DNA from: Alphaproteobacteria bacterium
GTDB taxonomy: Bacteria > Pseudomonadota > Alphaproteobacteria > GM7ARS4 > G965262615
Direction of reading: 5' to 3'
Assembly: GCA_965262615.1 (NCBI GenBank)
Contig: OZ253545.1
Location: 352,001-416,000 of the forward strand
Length of the DNA stretch: 64,000 bases
Shown: positions 8,590 to 18,987 of the stretch, one piece after another
Numbering within the stretch: position 1 is the stretch's first letter
Layout: every line of letters starts with the position of its first letter
The notes under the pieces: model-generated
Told to the model about the DNA's origin: nothing
The model's input: the letters and a program-made list of their open reading frames with translations, nothing else
Database searches by the model: none
Program-made: the position numbers and the translations under genes

Positions 8590-10701
8590 CTAAAAAAGAG
8601 ACAATAGCCGCTTGAAATAATTATGAGTCTCTTCATCCACATCTTCCAATTGAGAGTGCAGATAGGAGGTGATGCGACTTTGCTCACTGTGCTCTTTGTC
8701 TTGCAGCAGTGAAACATCGTCATTGTTTTGATGTTTTTCGTTCCATCCCAGTCCTTTGAGTTTTTTGCCGCTTTGAGTCTGTTGGGGTTGGCTTTGTTGC
8801 TGATTGTGCTGCCGCAGCGAGCGGAGCAGTGCCAGCAGAGCCAGTTCTTGATGGGAGGTGGCTTCTTGTCGCTGCTGTCGCCGTAGGGATTGCTCTGCTG
8901 CCGACATTGATTCTTGGGCTCTTTGTTGCGGCTCTGCGGTGAGAGGAGGCAGTTGTTCCAATTGGGTGCGCAATTGCTGTTGCAGCTGTGCCAGTTGCTC
9001 TGAGGGCATGATATTCTTGTTGGTGTCGTTGAGAAGTTTTTTTTGTCTCTGAATGAGCTCTTGCAATTGGTCGTGATGGCGTTGCTGAGCCTCAGCAAAA
9101 TCTTGTTGAGCTTGTTGTTTTTTCATTTTTTCAAGCCACTGCGAGAGCAATTCTTTGGCTTGTTCGTGCGCGCCTTGGGAAAGCAATTGTTGAGATCGTT
9201 CAATATCATTTTTTGCCTGTTGTTGATCATCGGGCAGGGCGCGCTGAATTTGCTCCAGCGTTTCGCGAATCTCGGCAAGGGTGTCGTCATGAAGAGATGG
9301 TGGCTGTTCTAATTGCGTTTCTAGTTGTTGCAGAAGGGCGGTCATGTTTTGTCCATCTAAGATAAGGGCGGCGTACCACAGGGCGGCGGATGTTTGTGAG
9401 GGATCGGCAAGGGCGATGGCAACATGCACACGAGCACCATCATCGGAAATGGATTCCATGATGGTGACCAGACGCTTGGTGGGAGGATTGTGTCCTAAGA
9501 GGAATTTTTTGCGCCACGCGATTAAAGCGCGCGCATGGTCATTATAAAAGACCCGTTCGGGCAAAATGAGAGTGATGGGCTCACTGTGTGTTTGGTGTCC
9601 GTATCCATCCTGTGCTGCGAGGTGAATCATGACCGTCTCACCAGCAAAAGGATGGGGTGTCAGGTCGCGCGTGAAGACCGATTCAATGACGGTGGCATCT
9701 TGTTGCAATGTGGCATTGAGGGAGATGTCATCGGACAAGCCACTGAGATGGGTGAGACGCATGGCGGCTTGGGTGATGCCATAGTCATCCACCATGGCGT
9801 AGGGCAGAGATTGAATATAGCCTTGTTTTTCGCCTGTGGCGATGTGGGCGATGGGATTTTTATCGCGAATGGGGGCAAGAGGAATCGTCCAGGCGCGTCC
9901 TTCATGAAAAAAATGAATCTGGCGAGCATCCACAGGCAGAGGAAAGGCGATGCGATACCCATCCTGACGACTGCCGCCCACGGGCACGGCGTGTTGATTC
10001 AAACGCAACGATGGCTTGTGCCACGAGGGCTCTGTCTCTATTTGCAGCAGGCTTTGTTCGGGGAACATCACCACCTGTCGGTGATTGAGGTCAATATCAA
10101 AAGGCAGTTGGCGGGTATAGGAAGGCGGAACAACACGCCACGCTCCATTGTAAGGGAGCGGTTCGGGCGTGATATGGGCATGCAAATGGGGCAACATGAG
10201 CACCAGCATGGCGATGGCGGCTGTAGAGAAGAGAGCAGCCGGTATAATTTTGCGAGCCGTATGTGTCATGATGGCACACCAGCGAGAAAAAGAAATCGTG
10301 GCAAGGGCAAGGCGAGCACGGTGTTGATGCTTGTGCCAGGCATGGGTGTGTCGTCGCCCCCCGTGACTGACGGGTGAATCTCGCAAGCTGCGCAATGGCG
10401 CGTGCGGCAATGCCCCCCATTTTTCCAAAAGGGCAAACTGGCGTTCTTTGTCATAACGCCACGCAGGCAATGACACAGAGCGCAGACACCATAAAAAAGC
10501 CAGCAGTGAGGCAGAAACGGTGACAAAAAACAAAAATCGCTTTGAAAGAATCTGATTATCGCTGTCTATCAAGGTGAGTGCCGTGACGGCAAGCACAACC
10601 AACCATAAGGGAGCAAAGGCGCGCAGCACCATATAGCCAAAGGTGAGCCATTGCATGAGGGTGGCAAGAATGTGGCACAGAACAATCATGATGCGAGCCA
10701 C
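8590..10701 (-). CDS. DUF4175/TIGR02302-like membrane coiled-coil protein
   Basis: N-terminal TM helices, PPSYT..LP, DDYGI and LPERVF motifs, Q-rich C-terminus; downstream of lysA. Confidence 0.65.
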   Translation of the reverse strand: MARIMIVLCHILATLMQWLTFGYMVLRAFAPLWLVVLAVTALTLIDSDNQILSKRFLFFVTVSASLLAFLWCLRSVSLPAWRYDKERQFALLEKWGALPHAPLRSLRDSPVSHGGRRHTHAWHKHQHRARLALATISFSRWCAIMTHTARKIIPAALFSTAAIAMLVLMLPHLHAHITPEPLPYNGAWRVVPPSYTRQLPFDIDLNHRQVVMFPEQSLLQIETEPSWHKPSLRLNQHAVPVGGSRQDGYRIAFPLPVDARQIHFFHEGRAWTIPLAPIRDKNPIAHIATGEKQGYIQSLPYAMVDDYGITQAAMRLTHLSGLSDDISLNATLQQDATVIESVFTRDLTPHPFAGETVMIHLAAQDGYGHQTHSEPITLILPERVFYNDHARALIAWRKKFLLGHNPPTKRLVTIMESISDDGARVHVAIALADPSQTSAALWYAALILDGQNMTALLQQLETQLEQPPSLHDDTLAEIRETLEQIQRALPDDQQQAKNDIERSQQLLSQGAHEQAKELLSQWLEKMKKQQAQQDFAEAQQRHHDQLQELIQRQKKLLNDTNKNIMPSEQLAQLQQQLRTQLEQLPPLTAEPQQRAQESMSAAEQSLRRQQRQEATSHQELALLALLRSLRQHNQQQSQPQQTQSGKKLKGLGWNEKHQNNDDVSLLQDKEHSEQSRITSYLHSQLEDVDEETHNYFKRLLSLF

Positions 10702-11939
10702 GAGGGTATCTGTTCGCAGGTGAGCATATCCTGAACGGTCACGGATTTTTTTGAAATCGCCCAGTGATTTTTTTGGGCGCAGACCTCGCTCACAACAGGG
10801 CGCGCGTTGTAGGAAGATGCCATGACCGCGCCGTACGCCCCACTGTGCATAAAGGCAACATAGTCTCCAGCTTTGAGTTCTGGCAGGGTGACATCACGCA
10901 AGAAGGTGTCTGCCGATTCGCAAATGGGTCCCACCACATGGCATGACATGGTTTTTTGCGAGGGTGCATCAATGGTTTCAAGGGGATGGTGTCCATCATA
11001 GAGGGCGGGACGCAGCAAGTCATTCATGGCGGCATCCACAATGACAAAAGAGTGAGGACGCGCGTGTTTGATTCGCACCACGCGACTGACTAAAATTCCC
11101 GATGGCGCAGCAATGAAACGCCCTGGTTCTATGACAAAAGGGCGATCCATCACGGCACTGAGTTGGTGAGCATAGGCGGCAAGATCAATTTCTTGCTCAG
11201 TGGAACAGCCGATGCCGCCGCCCACATCAAATTGCGGGGATGCTGGCAGCGATTGATTCACCAGTTCTTTGTCCAGTGCCAGCAGTGCCCGTGCCGCCTC
11301 GCCATACAGTTCGGATGAAAAAATCTGTGAGCCAAGATGCACCGCCAAGCCACGCCATTGCAGATACTCATGGTCGGCAATCAGACGACACAAGGAGGGG
11401 ATGAGCTCAGGCGCGATGCCAAATTTGTCATCACGGCGGGCGGTGGCGATTTTATCGTGAGTGGGGGCGTGAATGTCTGGATTGACTCGCAGTGCCACCG
11501 CCGCGCGTTTTTTTTGTTGCGATGCGATTTCGGCAAGCGTGTGCAATTCTTCAGCGGACTCCACATTGAATTGACCAATGCCATGCTGCAGTGCGTTTGT
11601 GATTTCTTCGGCAGTTTTGCCGACACCCGAGAAGATGATGCGTTCGGGCTGAATGGCGGCACGCAGGCAGCGATGCATTTCGCCTGCAGAGACGATGTCG
11701 GCGTGGCACTGCAATGAAGACAGAGCTGCAAGACAGGGCAGATGTCCGTTGGCTTTGACGGCATAGGCAATGTGAGGCTGAATGGCATGAGACGCAAATG
11801 CCTCGCGCACCATGCGGTAGCGGTCGGCGAACGATGTGAGGCTATAGCAATAGAAAGGCGTTGGCAGCTGGCGTGCCATCTCCAGCAAGGAGACATCCTC
11901 CACATGGAGAATGCCGTTTTTGCGCTGAAAGCAGCTCAT
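10686..11939 (-). CDS. lysA: Diaminopimelate decarboxylase
   Basis: YAVKAN, HLGSQ, EPGR, GPICESAD and GAYG..MASSYN motifs. Confidence 0.95.
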   Translation of the reverse strand: MSCFQRKNGILHVEDVSLLEMARQLPTPFYCYSLTSFADRYRMVREAFASHAIQPHIAYAVKANGHLPCLAALSSLQCHADIVSAGEMHRCLRAAIQPERIIFSGVGKTAEEITNALQHGIGQFNVESAEELHTLAEIASQQKKRAAVALRVNPDIHAPTHDKIATARRDDKFGIAPELIPSLCRLIADHEYLQWRGLAVHLGSQIFSSELYGEAARALLALDKELVNQSLPASPQFDVGGGIGCSTEQEIDLAAYAHQLSAVMDRPFVIEPGRFIAAPSGILVSRVVRIKHARPHSFVIVDAAMNDLLRPALYDGHHPLETIDAPSQKTMSCHVVGPICESADTFLRDVTLPELKAGDYVAFMHSGAYGAVMASSYNARPVVSEVCAQKNHWAISKKSVTVQDMLTCEQIPSWLAS

Positions 11940-12043
11940 TGCCATGTGTGATGGACATGCAAGGCGGACGGTATGGCGGGCGCGGCTTTCTTGCCGCATC
12001 CCACAAGGAGCACGCACACAAGCAAGGAAAGAATCAGTTTCAT
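11936..12043 (-). CDS. Small lipoprotein, LptM/YifL-like (in frame with the frameshifted argH)
   Basis: MKLILSLLVCVLLVGC-GKKAAP lipobox; usual position between argH and lysA. Confidence 0.6.
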   Translation of the reverse strand: MKLILSLLVCVLLVGCGKKAAPAIPSALHVHHTWQ

Positions 12044-13462
12044 GTGAGGTGCCATTTTTTGCGCGCGGCTGTCACACCCGCTTTGACCTGCGAAGGCGCT
12101 CCCAGTTCCGCCGAGGCTGTTTTTACTCTTGATGGAACATTCCACAGACAAGGATTCAAGAAGTTTTTCATTGAGCAGGGGGCTGATGTCTGCGCGCTGT
12201 TTGGGCTTGAGTTCATGCAGTTGAATTCCATTGTCTTCGGCGACTTTAACCATGCGTCCCACAATATGATGCGCCTCGCGAAAGGGAATTTTGTGATGAT
12301 GAACGAGCCAATCGGCGGCATCGGTGGCGGTGGTATAGCCACGCTCGGCGGCGGCGCGCATGGTGTCCTTGTTGAAATGGCAGTGGTCAATCATTTGTGC
12401 CATCACCTGCAGGCACAGAGTCAATTGGTCGGCGGCGAAAAAAACGGGTTCTTTGTCTTCTTGCAGGTCTTTGTTGTAGGCAAGGGGCAGAGCCTTGAGA
12501 GTCATGAGCAATGATTGAAACGCGCCACACAGCGCGCCCGTTTTGCCTCTGATTAATTCCGCCGCATCGGGGTTGCGTTTTTGTGGCATGATGGAACTGC
12601 CCGTTGTCCATGAATCATCCAGCCGAACAAAGGCAAACGCGGGCGAATGCCACAACACAATCTCTTCGGCAAGAGACGAGAGATGAACGCCACAGATGGC
12701 AGCCGCGGAGAGAAAATCAAGGGCAAAATCTCGGTCGGAGACAGCGTCCAGAGCATTGCTCATGGGGGCATCAAATTGCAGCAGATTCGCCGTGAGGGCA
12801 CGGTCAATGGGGTAGGGTGTGCCCGCCAACGCCGCCGCGCCCAGAGGACATTCATTGAGTCGCTCTATGTTAGAGACAAATCGCAGGCGATCGCGTCCAA
12901 ATTTTTCAATGTAGGCGAGAAAATGATGTCCCAACAAAATGGCTTGGGCGTTTTGTAAATGGGTCATGCCGGGCAAAATGAGCTCGCCGTTTTTTTCAAT
13001 TTGTGCCAGCAGACTTTGTTGCAGCTGCGTGAGCAGAGCGATGAGATCGTGCGATTGCTGCCGCACCCATAGACGAAAATCGGTCGCCACTTGGTCATTG
13101 CGTGAGCGGGCGGTATGAAGGCGTCCTGCGATTTTGCCAATGCGTTCGGTGAGTGCCGCCTCAATGTTCATATGGACATCTTCCAGCTCTTCTCGCCACT
13201 CAAATTGTCCTTTGAGGATATCGTCACGAATGGAAATGAGTCCGTTTTCAATGGCGGTCGCATCCTCATGGGTGATAATTTTCTGCTTTGCCAGCATGGT
13301 GCAGTGGGCGATGGAGGCGGTGATATCCTCCAGTGCCAGACGCTGGTCAATCGCCACCGAGGCATTGATATGATTCATGAGTTCCGATGGCTTCGCGCCG
13401 AATCGCCCGCCCCACATGGCATGAGTCTGAGAATGACCGCGAGAATGTCTGGATGAATTCAT
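11936..13462 (-). CDS. argH: Argininosuccinate lyase with frameshifted C-terminus
   Basis: MWGGRF, HTARSRNDQ, GSSIMPQKRNPD and YNKDLQEDKE motifs. Confidence 0.93.
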   Translation of the reverse strand: MNSSRHSRGHSQTHAMWGGRFGAKPSELMNHINASVAIDQRLALEDITASIAHCTMLAKQKIITHEDATAIENGLISIRDDILKGQFEWREELEDVHMNIEAALTERIGKIAGRLHTARSRNDQVATDFRLWVRQQSHDLIALLTQLQQSLLAQIEKNGELILPGMTHLQNAQAILLGHHFLAYIEKFGRDRLRFVSNIERLNECPLGAAALAGTPYPIDRALTANLLQFDAPMSNALDAVSDRDFALDFLSAAAICGVHLSSLAEEIVLWHSPAFAFVRLDDSWTTGSSIMPQKRNPDAAELIRGKTGALCGAFQSLLMTLKALPLAYNKDLQEDKEPVFFAADQLTLCLQVMAQMIDHCHFNKDTMRAAAERGYTTATDAADWLVHHHKIPFREAHHIVGRMVKVAEDNGIQLHELKPKQRADISPLLNEKLLESLSVECSIKSKNSLGGTGSAFAGQSGCDSRAQKMAPHMKLILSLLVCVLLVGCGKKAAPAIPSALHVHHTWQ

Positions 13463-13487
13463 GATTGTTCTCTATGATGGCGGGAGC

Positions 13488-14012
13488 ATGAAACATCATT
13501 ATGGTATCATAGCATTGGCGGGGGTGATAGTCCTTTGGTTTGTGGCGGGCGAGGACGAGTCATCGTTGACACCGTGCGTTCTTGAGGCATCCGATGCTTC
13601 TGTGTCCGTTGCCGCAATAAACGCTCGCACCGCCGATGGTGAGGCTGTGGTTTTGGGCGGGCGTGGACAAGCTGTGTTGCTTAATTTTTGGGCAAGTTGG
13701 TGCGCGCCGTGTGTTCATGAGCTGCCCGCCCTTGTCCAATTGATGGTGCGTCTTGAAGGTCAGCCCGTTGATTTTTTTGCCATATCTCAGGACGATGAGG
13801 AGCAGTCAGCGTTTTTGCGGGCGCGTGATTTAGAAGACTTGCCTGTTATTTATGATGATTACTTTCGTCTCGCCCGTCATTTTTCGGTTTCTCGTCTGCC
13901 GGTGACATTGCTCGTGCGCGACGGGCATCTTGTGTGGCGTTATGACGGGGCGTGTGATTGGGACGATGACACTGTTGCCGCCACCATTGTGCATCAGATT
14001 CAATCATCATGA
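13488..14012 (+). CDS. TlpA-family thiol:disulfide oxidoreductase
   Basis: N-terminal TM helix and NFWASWCAPC; divergent from argH. Confidence 0.85.
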   Translation: MKHHYGIIALAGVIVLWFVAGEDESSLTPCVLEASDASVSVAAINARTADGEAVVLGGRGQAVLLNFWASWCAPCVHELPALVQLMVRLEGQPVDFFAISQDDEEQSAFLRARDLEDLPVIYDDYFRLARHFSVSRLPVTLLVRDGHLVWRYDGACDWDDDTVAATIVHQIQSS

Positions 14013-14767
14013 TGAACATGGGTGATGTGATACCAGATGCGATGTTTGACGGCGGTGAGCAACAAGGCAAGGATAAAGACAAAGAACAATACTTTTGCCC
14101 CGAGGGTTTTGCGTTCTTCCAGATAGGGGTCTGCCGCCCATGAGAGGAAAGTCACCACATCATGAGACATTTGCCGCACCGTTGCGGGTGTGCCGTCTTG
14201 ATAATCAATGACTTGGTCGTCAATGGGCGGCGGCATGGCGATTTGATTGCCGCTAAAATAAATATTGTAATAGCGTCCTTCAAGAAGGGGAAAGTTTGGG
14301 GGTGCGGGTGTGTATCCTTGCAGCAGGGCTGCGACATAGTCACTGCCGCGAGGGTAGGCTTTGGTGATGAGAGAGAGGTCGGTGGGATACGCGCCGTTAT
14401 TGGCGGCGCGTGCGGCTTGATCATTGGCAAAGGGCTTGGCGAAATGATCGTTGGGCAGTGCGGGACGCTCAAACATTTCGCCTTCTTCATTGGGTCCATC
14501 GGTCACACGAAATTCGGCGGCGATGGCTTTGATGGCTTTTTCATCGTAGCCCAAAAGGGCAAGGTCTTGATAGCGCAGATGCTTCATCGTGTGGCAGGCG
14601 GAACACACTTCCAGATACACCTGCAAGCCTCGTTGAGCGGCATCATTCTCGTAGCCGCCGAATAATTTTTGAAATGACCAGTTATAAAAGGGCGGCACCA
14701 ATGGCTCTGCTGTCGCCGTGGGAAGCACAAAAAGAAAAGAAAAAAAGATGATGAGGGACGATCGCAT
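14000..14767 (-). CDS. petC: Cytochrome c1
   Basis: CSACH heme motif, IAMPPP, C-terminal TM helix. Confidence 0.95.
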   Translation of the reverse strand: MRSSLIIFFSFLFVLPTATAEPLVPPFYNWSFQKLFGGYENDAAQRGLQVYLEVCSACHTMKHLRYQDLALLGYDEKAIKAIAAEFRVTDGPNEEGEMFERPALPNDHFAKPFANDQAARAANNGAYPTDLSLITKAYPRGSDYVAALLQGYTPAPPNFPLLEGRYYNIYFSGNQIAMPPPIDDQVIDYQDGTPATVRQMSHDVVTFLSWAADPYLEERKTLGAKVLFFVFILALLLTAVKHRIWYHITHVHHDD

Positions 14768-14769
14768 GG

Positions 14770-15996
14770 CTATTTTTTCTTTTTCTTATGAAGCACCCGC
14801 AGGGTGTCCTCATAGATGGATTTTGGCAGACGGCGCGTGGGCTCAATGCGGCTGAGCAGCGGCATGATGATGAGGAAAAAGGCAAAATGATAAATGGTCG
14901 CATAACGGGCGATGGTGATGTAATACCCCTCAGGAGGATGCGCGCCACACCAGCCCAACAGAGTCATATTGATGACAAAAAGAAAAAAGAATTGTTTATA
15001 GAGAGGACGAAAGCGTCCGCTACGCACGGGGTGGCGATCCAGCCAAGGCACAAGGAATAAAATCAGCACGGAAGAAAACATGACAATCACGCCCAGCAGT
15101 TTGTCGGGCACGGCGCGGAGCATGGCATAATAGGGCAGGAAGTACCATTCAGGCACAATATGTTCGGGCGTCACGAGAGGATTGGCGGGCAGATTGTTTT
15201 CAGGCTCGCTAAAGAAATCAGGCGCAAAGAACACCACCGACAAATAAACCAGCAAAAACAAAGCGAAAAAAGCCAGATCCTTGATGGTGTAATAGGGGTG
15301 AAAGGGAATGACATCTTCTTTTTTCGTGACATCAATGCCCAAAGGATTGTTGGATTTGACTTTGTGCAACGCCCACAGATGCAGGAAAGCCACCCCCACA
15401 ATGACAAAAGGCAGGAGGAAATGGAATACAAAAAAGCGCGTGAGGGTGGGATTATCCACGCTATAGCCGCCCCAGAGCCAATGGACGATACTTTCTCCCA
15501 CAACGGGGATGGCGGAGAAAAGGTTGGTGATGACAGTCGCTCCCCAATAGCTCATTTGTCCCCACGGCAGGACATAACCGAGAAAGGCGGTCATCATGAG
15601 CAAAATGAGCAAAATAACACCAAGAATCCAGAGCACTTCACGCGGGCTCTTGTAAGAACCATAATAAAGCCCCCGCAACATGTGAATATAGACGATGATA
15701 AAGAAGAATGACGCGCCATTCATGTGAAGACTGCGCATGAGCCATCCATAATTCACATCGCGCATGATATGTTGCACACTGGCGAATGCGAGGTTGATAT
15801 CGGGGGTGTAGTGAATGGCAAGAAATAACCCCGTGAGAATCATGATGATGAGCAGGATTCCTGCGAGAGAGCCAAAGTTCCACAGGAAGGAGAGATTGCG
15901 CGGCGTTGGATACTCAACAAGATGTTGGCGCACGAATGTGACGACAGGCAGGCGGGCATCCAACCACCTCAGGGCGTTTTTGATGGATGATTTCAT
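14770..15996 (-). CDS. petB: Cytochrome b
   Basis: [16 protein letters not shown] and PEWY motifs. Confidence 0.98.
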   Translation of the reverse strand: MKSSIKNALRWLDARLPVVTFVRQHLVEYPTPRNLSFLWNFGSLAGILLIIMILTGLFLAIHYTPDINLAFASVQHIMRDVNYGWLMRSLHMNGASFFFIIVYIHMLRGLYYGSYKSPREVLWILGVILLILLMMTAFLGYVLPWGQMSYWGATVITNLFSAIPVVGESIVHWLWGGYSVDNPTLTRFFVFHFLLPFVIVGVAFLHLWALHKVKSNNPLGIDVTKKEDVIPFHPYYTIKDLAFFALFLLVYLSVVFFAPDFFSEPENNLPANPLVTPEHIVPEWYFLPYYAMLRAVPDKLLGVIVMFSSVLILFLVPWLDRHPVRSGRFRPLYKQFFFLFVINMTLLGWCGAHPPEGYYITIARYATIYHFAFFLIIMPLLSRIEPTRRLPKSIYEDTLRVLHKKKKK

Positions 15997-16553
15997 GTTG
16001 TTTTCTTGGATTTTTTCTTGGCGTTGCCACCGAGGCGGATGGTATTGTCATCCACGAATTGATAGGGCGGCACTTCAAGATTGTAAGGTGCGGGACCTTG
16101 GCGAATTCTGCCTGATGTATCGTATTGCGAGCCATGACAGGCACAAAACCATCCATCCCACTTGCCGCGTGGATCGGAGGGCTTGTTGCCCAGAGGAACA
16201 CATCCCAGATGGGAACACACACCCACCACCACCAGCCATTTGGATTTCTCCACCCGTTGGTCATCTTTTTGCGGGTCGGGCAGTGTGTCAAGATTGACAT
16301 TGCGCGCCGCGGCGACCTCAGCCGAGGTGCGATGGCGAATAAAGACAGGCTTGCCGCGCCAGCGCACCGTGATGGCTTGTCCTCGAGGAATTTGTGATAA
16401 ATCAACTTCCAAATCGGCACTGCCACGCACATTGCGCGCAGGATTCATGCTATCAATAAAGGGCCAGCTGGCAATCGCCGCACCGCCACCGGCAACAGTA
16501 CCTGTGGCAAGATGGAGAAAGTCGCGGCGACTTCGTTTTTTCGAATCCGTCAT
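15993..16553 (-). CDS. petA: Rieske Fe-S subunit
   Basis: SRRDFL Tat signal; CSHLGC and CACHGS motifs. Confidence 0.96.
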   Translation of the reverse strand: MTDSKKRSRRDFLHLATGTVAGGGAAIASWPFIDSMNPARNVRGSADLEVDLSQIPRGQAITVRWRGKPVFIRHRTSAEVAAARNVNLDTLPDPQKDDQRVEKSKWLVVVGVCSHLGCVPLGNKPSDPRGKWDGWFCACHGSQYDTSGRIRQGPAPYNLEVPPYQFVDDNTIRLGGNAKKKSKKTT

Positions 16554-16621
16554 GAGTAACACAAGACAAACAAAGAGACATCTGTCAAGACATCCTTTAT
16601 AAGAGTGACGAGACAATAGCA

Positions 16622-17557
16622 ATGGTGACACAAAAAAAACAAAAAAAATATTTGCTTCCCAAAGGTGATGCTCCCGCTTTGACGCGGCAGGAGACACAGG
16701 CACAAGCAAGGCGGTGGTTTGGTCAATTGCGGGATCAATTGTGTCATGAGTGGCAGCAGCTGGAACAGCAGGGGGTTGCGGCGAGGCATGGCGGCATGAC
16801 GAAAGCGGGCAGATTTGAAAAAACGCAGTGGCAAAGACAGGGCACAGGGGAATCTCAAGAACAAGGAGGCGGGGAGGCGGCTCTCATGCGCGGCGGCGTG
16901 TTTGAAAAAGTGGGGGTCAATATATCGGAAGTCTATGGCGATTTATCTTCGGCATTGCGAGGAGAAGTGGCGGGAGCACAGGAAAATCCAGAATTTTGGG
17001 CGGCGGGAATCTCGGTGGTGGCGCATATGCGTTCGCCTCATATGCCGGCGTTTCATATGAACACCCGCTATATCATCACGCAGCAAGAGTGGTTTGGCGG
17101 CGGCATTGACATGACACCCATGCTGATTGACCAAAGCGAAGAAAAAAAAATCTTTCACGATGAGCTCAAGCAGCTGTGTCATCCTTTTGGCGAAGAAGTG
17201 TATGATGATTTATCCGCATGGTGCGATGAATATTTTTATCTGCCCCACCGAGAGGAAACGCGCGGTGTGGGGGGGATTTTTTATGACCATTTGCTCAACG
17301 ATGATGACCATCGCCGCGCTCGCCATTGGCAATGGACTCAAGAGGTGGGACGGACATTCGCGCGCATTGTGCCGATGATGGTGCAGCGTCACATGGGACG
17401 AGAGTGGAGTGAGGCGGAGCGGCAGCAGCAGTGTCACAAGCGAGGACGCTATGTTGAGTTCAATTTACTCTATGATCGCGGCACTCGGTTTGGCTTGGCG
17501 ACCGGAGGGTCGGTGGAAGCTATTTTGATGTCTCTGCCGCCAGAGGTTCAGTGGTGA
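16622..17557 (+). CDS. hemF: Oxygen-dependent coproporphyrinogen III oxidase
   Basis: FEKVGVN, WFGGGIDMTP and RGRYVEFNLLYDRGT motifs. Confidence 0.95.
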   Translation: MVTQKKQKKYLLPKGDAPALTRQETQAQARRWFGQLRDQLCHEWQQLEQQGVAARHGGMTKAGRFEKTQWQRQGTGESQEQGGGEAALMRGGVFEKVGVNISEVYGDLSSALRGEVAGAQENPEFWAAGISVVAHMRSPHMPAFHMNTRYIITQQEWFGGGIDMTPMLIDQSEEKKIFHDELKQLCHPFGEEVYDDLSAWCDEYFYLPHREETRGVGGIFYDHLLNDDDHRRARHWQWTQEVGRTFARIVPMMVQRHMGREWSEAERQQQCHKRGRYVEFNLLYDRGTRFGLATGGSVEAILMSLPPEVQW

Positions 17558-17909
17558 TGATGGAAACGGCGTGTGCAAGACATTCCTCTTTGGAGGGACG
17601 GCAGCTGTGACGCAACCACCAATTCTCCAGCTGGCGATGCAGAACGCCGAACGCCTTGCCAGAAGGAGCATGAGGCAGCTTTTGAATATCATCGCCGTTC
17701 ACGGGAAAAGCGGGAGGGGTATAGCCAGAAAGACCTTTGAGCCAACGGGCGATGTGACGAGCACTGATATTGTGGCGCGCGCCGTGGGTCAGCAGAAGAC
17801 TTTGCGTGAGAGGAATGCCTTTGTGATGGGCAAGACGACGCACATCATAGGCAGTGACAGTGACGCGCGATGCCTCATCCCGTGTGCTACTGTGTGTCTT
17901 GGTGTCCAT
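17520..17909 (-). CDS. Separately encoded C-terminal (tail) part of CCA-adding enzyme
   Basis: PPAFPVNGDDI..SGKAFG..RQLENWW resembles class II CCase C-termini; AGAGG before ATG. Confidence 0.6.
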   Translation of the reverse strand: MDTKTHSSTRDEASRVTVTAYDVRRLAHHKGIPLTQSLLLTHGARHNISARHIARWLKGLSGYTPPAFPVNGDDIQKLPHAPSGKAFGVLHRQLENWWLRHSCRPSKEECLAHAVSIITTEPLAAETSK

Positions 17910-17955
17910 AACATCCTCTTCTTGTCGTGGTTATTGATACCCTATTGGTAGTGCC

Positions 17956-18987
17956 TCATCGGTTTTCTGTCAATGTTGTTTTCATCAGAATTTCAAGCCA
18001 CTTGCGAGTTTTTTTATCCAAGCGAAAGCGATTGTGCACGGCAGGCAGGCAATTGACATCGTGAATGAGCAAGGCAAACCGTGATAGCAACACGATATCA
18101 TCATGAGTCATGTGTCGCTTGAGGTCACGAATGGTTTTTGGTGCATGAATCAATTGCAGTGATTGCAAAATGCCGTTTTGACTCATGAGATTATAATAAT
18201 CCATGTGTTGCTCGAGGTCACGAATGGTTTTTGGCGCGTGAATCAATTCCAATGATTGCAAAATGTCGTTTTCACTCATGAGCTCAAGAGCCGCCAGAGG
18301 TTTTGGCAGAGCAAGGATTTGTTTGAACTCACGCCAGAGACGCTCGCCAGAGACTTTTTTCAGTCCCACGCGCGCCTCACGCAAAACCGAGAGCAATTCA
18401 GGCTCAGGCGGCTCGCATTGATGAAAGGCATGAAAGCGAAAAAAACGCAGCAGACGCAAATAATCCTCTTTGAGGCGTTTCATGGGGTCACCGATAAAGC
18501 GCACGATGCCTTTTTGCAAATCATCAATGCCGCGCTGGCTGGGGTCATACACATCACCTTTCAGATTGGCATACAGGGCATTGAAGGTGAAGTCACGCCG
18601 TTGCCAATCGTCATTCCAGTCACGACTATAGGTGACGGTGGCGTGTCGTCCATCGGTCTCAATGTCTTTACGCAAGGTGGTGATTTCAAAGGCATGGTTT
18701 TCATGAATCGCGGTGATGGTGCCGTGCTCAATGCCAGTGGGAAGGCTTTTGATGTTATGACGCTTCAGCAGAGCCATCACCTCTTGGGGTTCGTGGGTGG
18801 TGGCAAGATCAATGTCGGCAAGAGGCTCGTTTTTAAGCAGATGGCGCACCGCACCCCCCACAATGAGACACGCCTCTTGCTTGTCATTGAGAAGCCTCAT
18901 GATGGTGGCGACAGGATGATGGGTCAGAGGAATGTGTGACGGTGCGATGGAATGCGCCCGCCAAGGAATCAAACGAGATGACATCAT
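17956..18987 (-). CDS. cca: CCA tRNA nucleotidyltransferase (class II), N-terminal catalytic part
   Basis: VGGAVR, DIDLAT, EITTLR, RRDFTFNA and EDYLRLLRFFRF motifs. Confidence 0.9.
   Translation of the reverse strand: MMSSRLIPWRAHSIAPSHIPLTHHPVATIMRLLNDKQEACLIVGGAVRHLLKNEPLADIDLATTHEPQEVMALLKRHNIKSLPTGIEHGTITAIHENHAFEITTLRKDIETDGRHATVTYSRDWNDDWQRRDFTFNALYANLKGDVYDPSQRGIDDLQKGIVRFIGDPMKRLKEDYLRLLRFFRFHAFHQCEPPEPELLSVLREARVGLKKVSGERLWREFKQILALPKPLAALELMSENDILQSLELIHAPKTIRDLEQHMDYYNLMSQNGILQSLQLIHAPKTIRDLKRHMTHDDIVLLSRFALLIHDVNCLPAVHNRFRLDKKTRKWLEILMKTTLTENR
18110..18282 (-). repeat. In-frame tandem duplication in cca (93-nt period)
   Basis: LMSENDILQSLELIHAPKTIRDLEQHM / LMSQNGILQSLQLIHAPKTIRDLKRHM. 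Confidence 0.85.
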
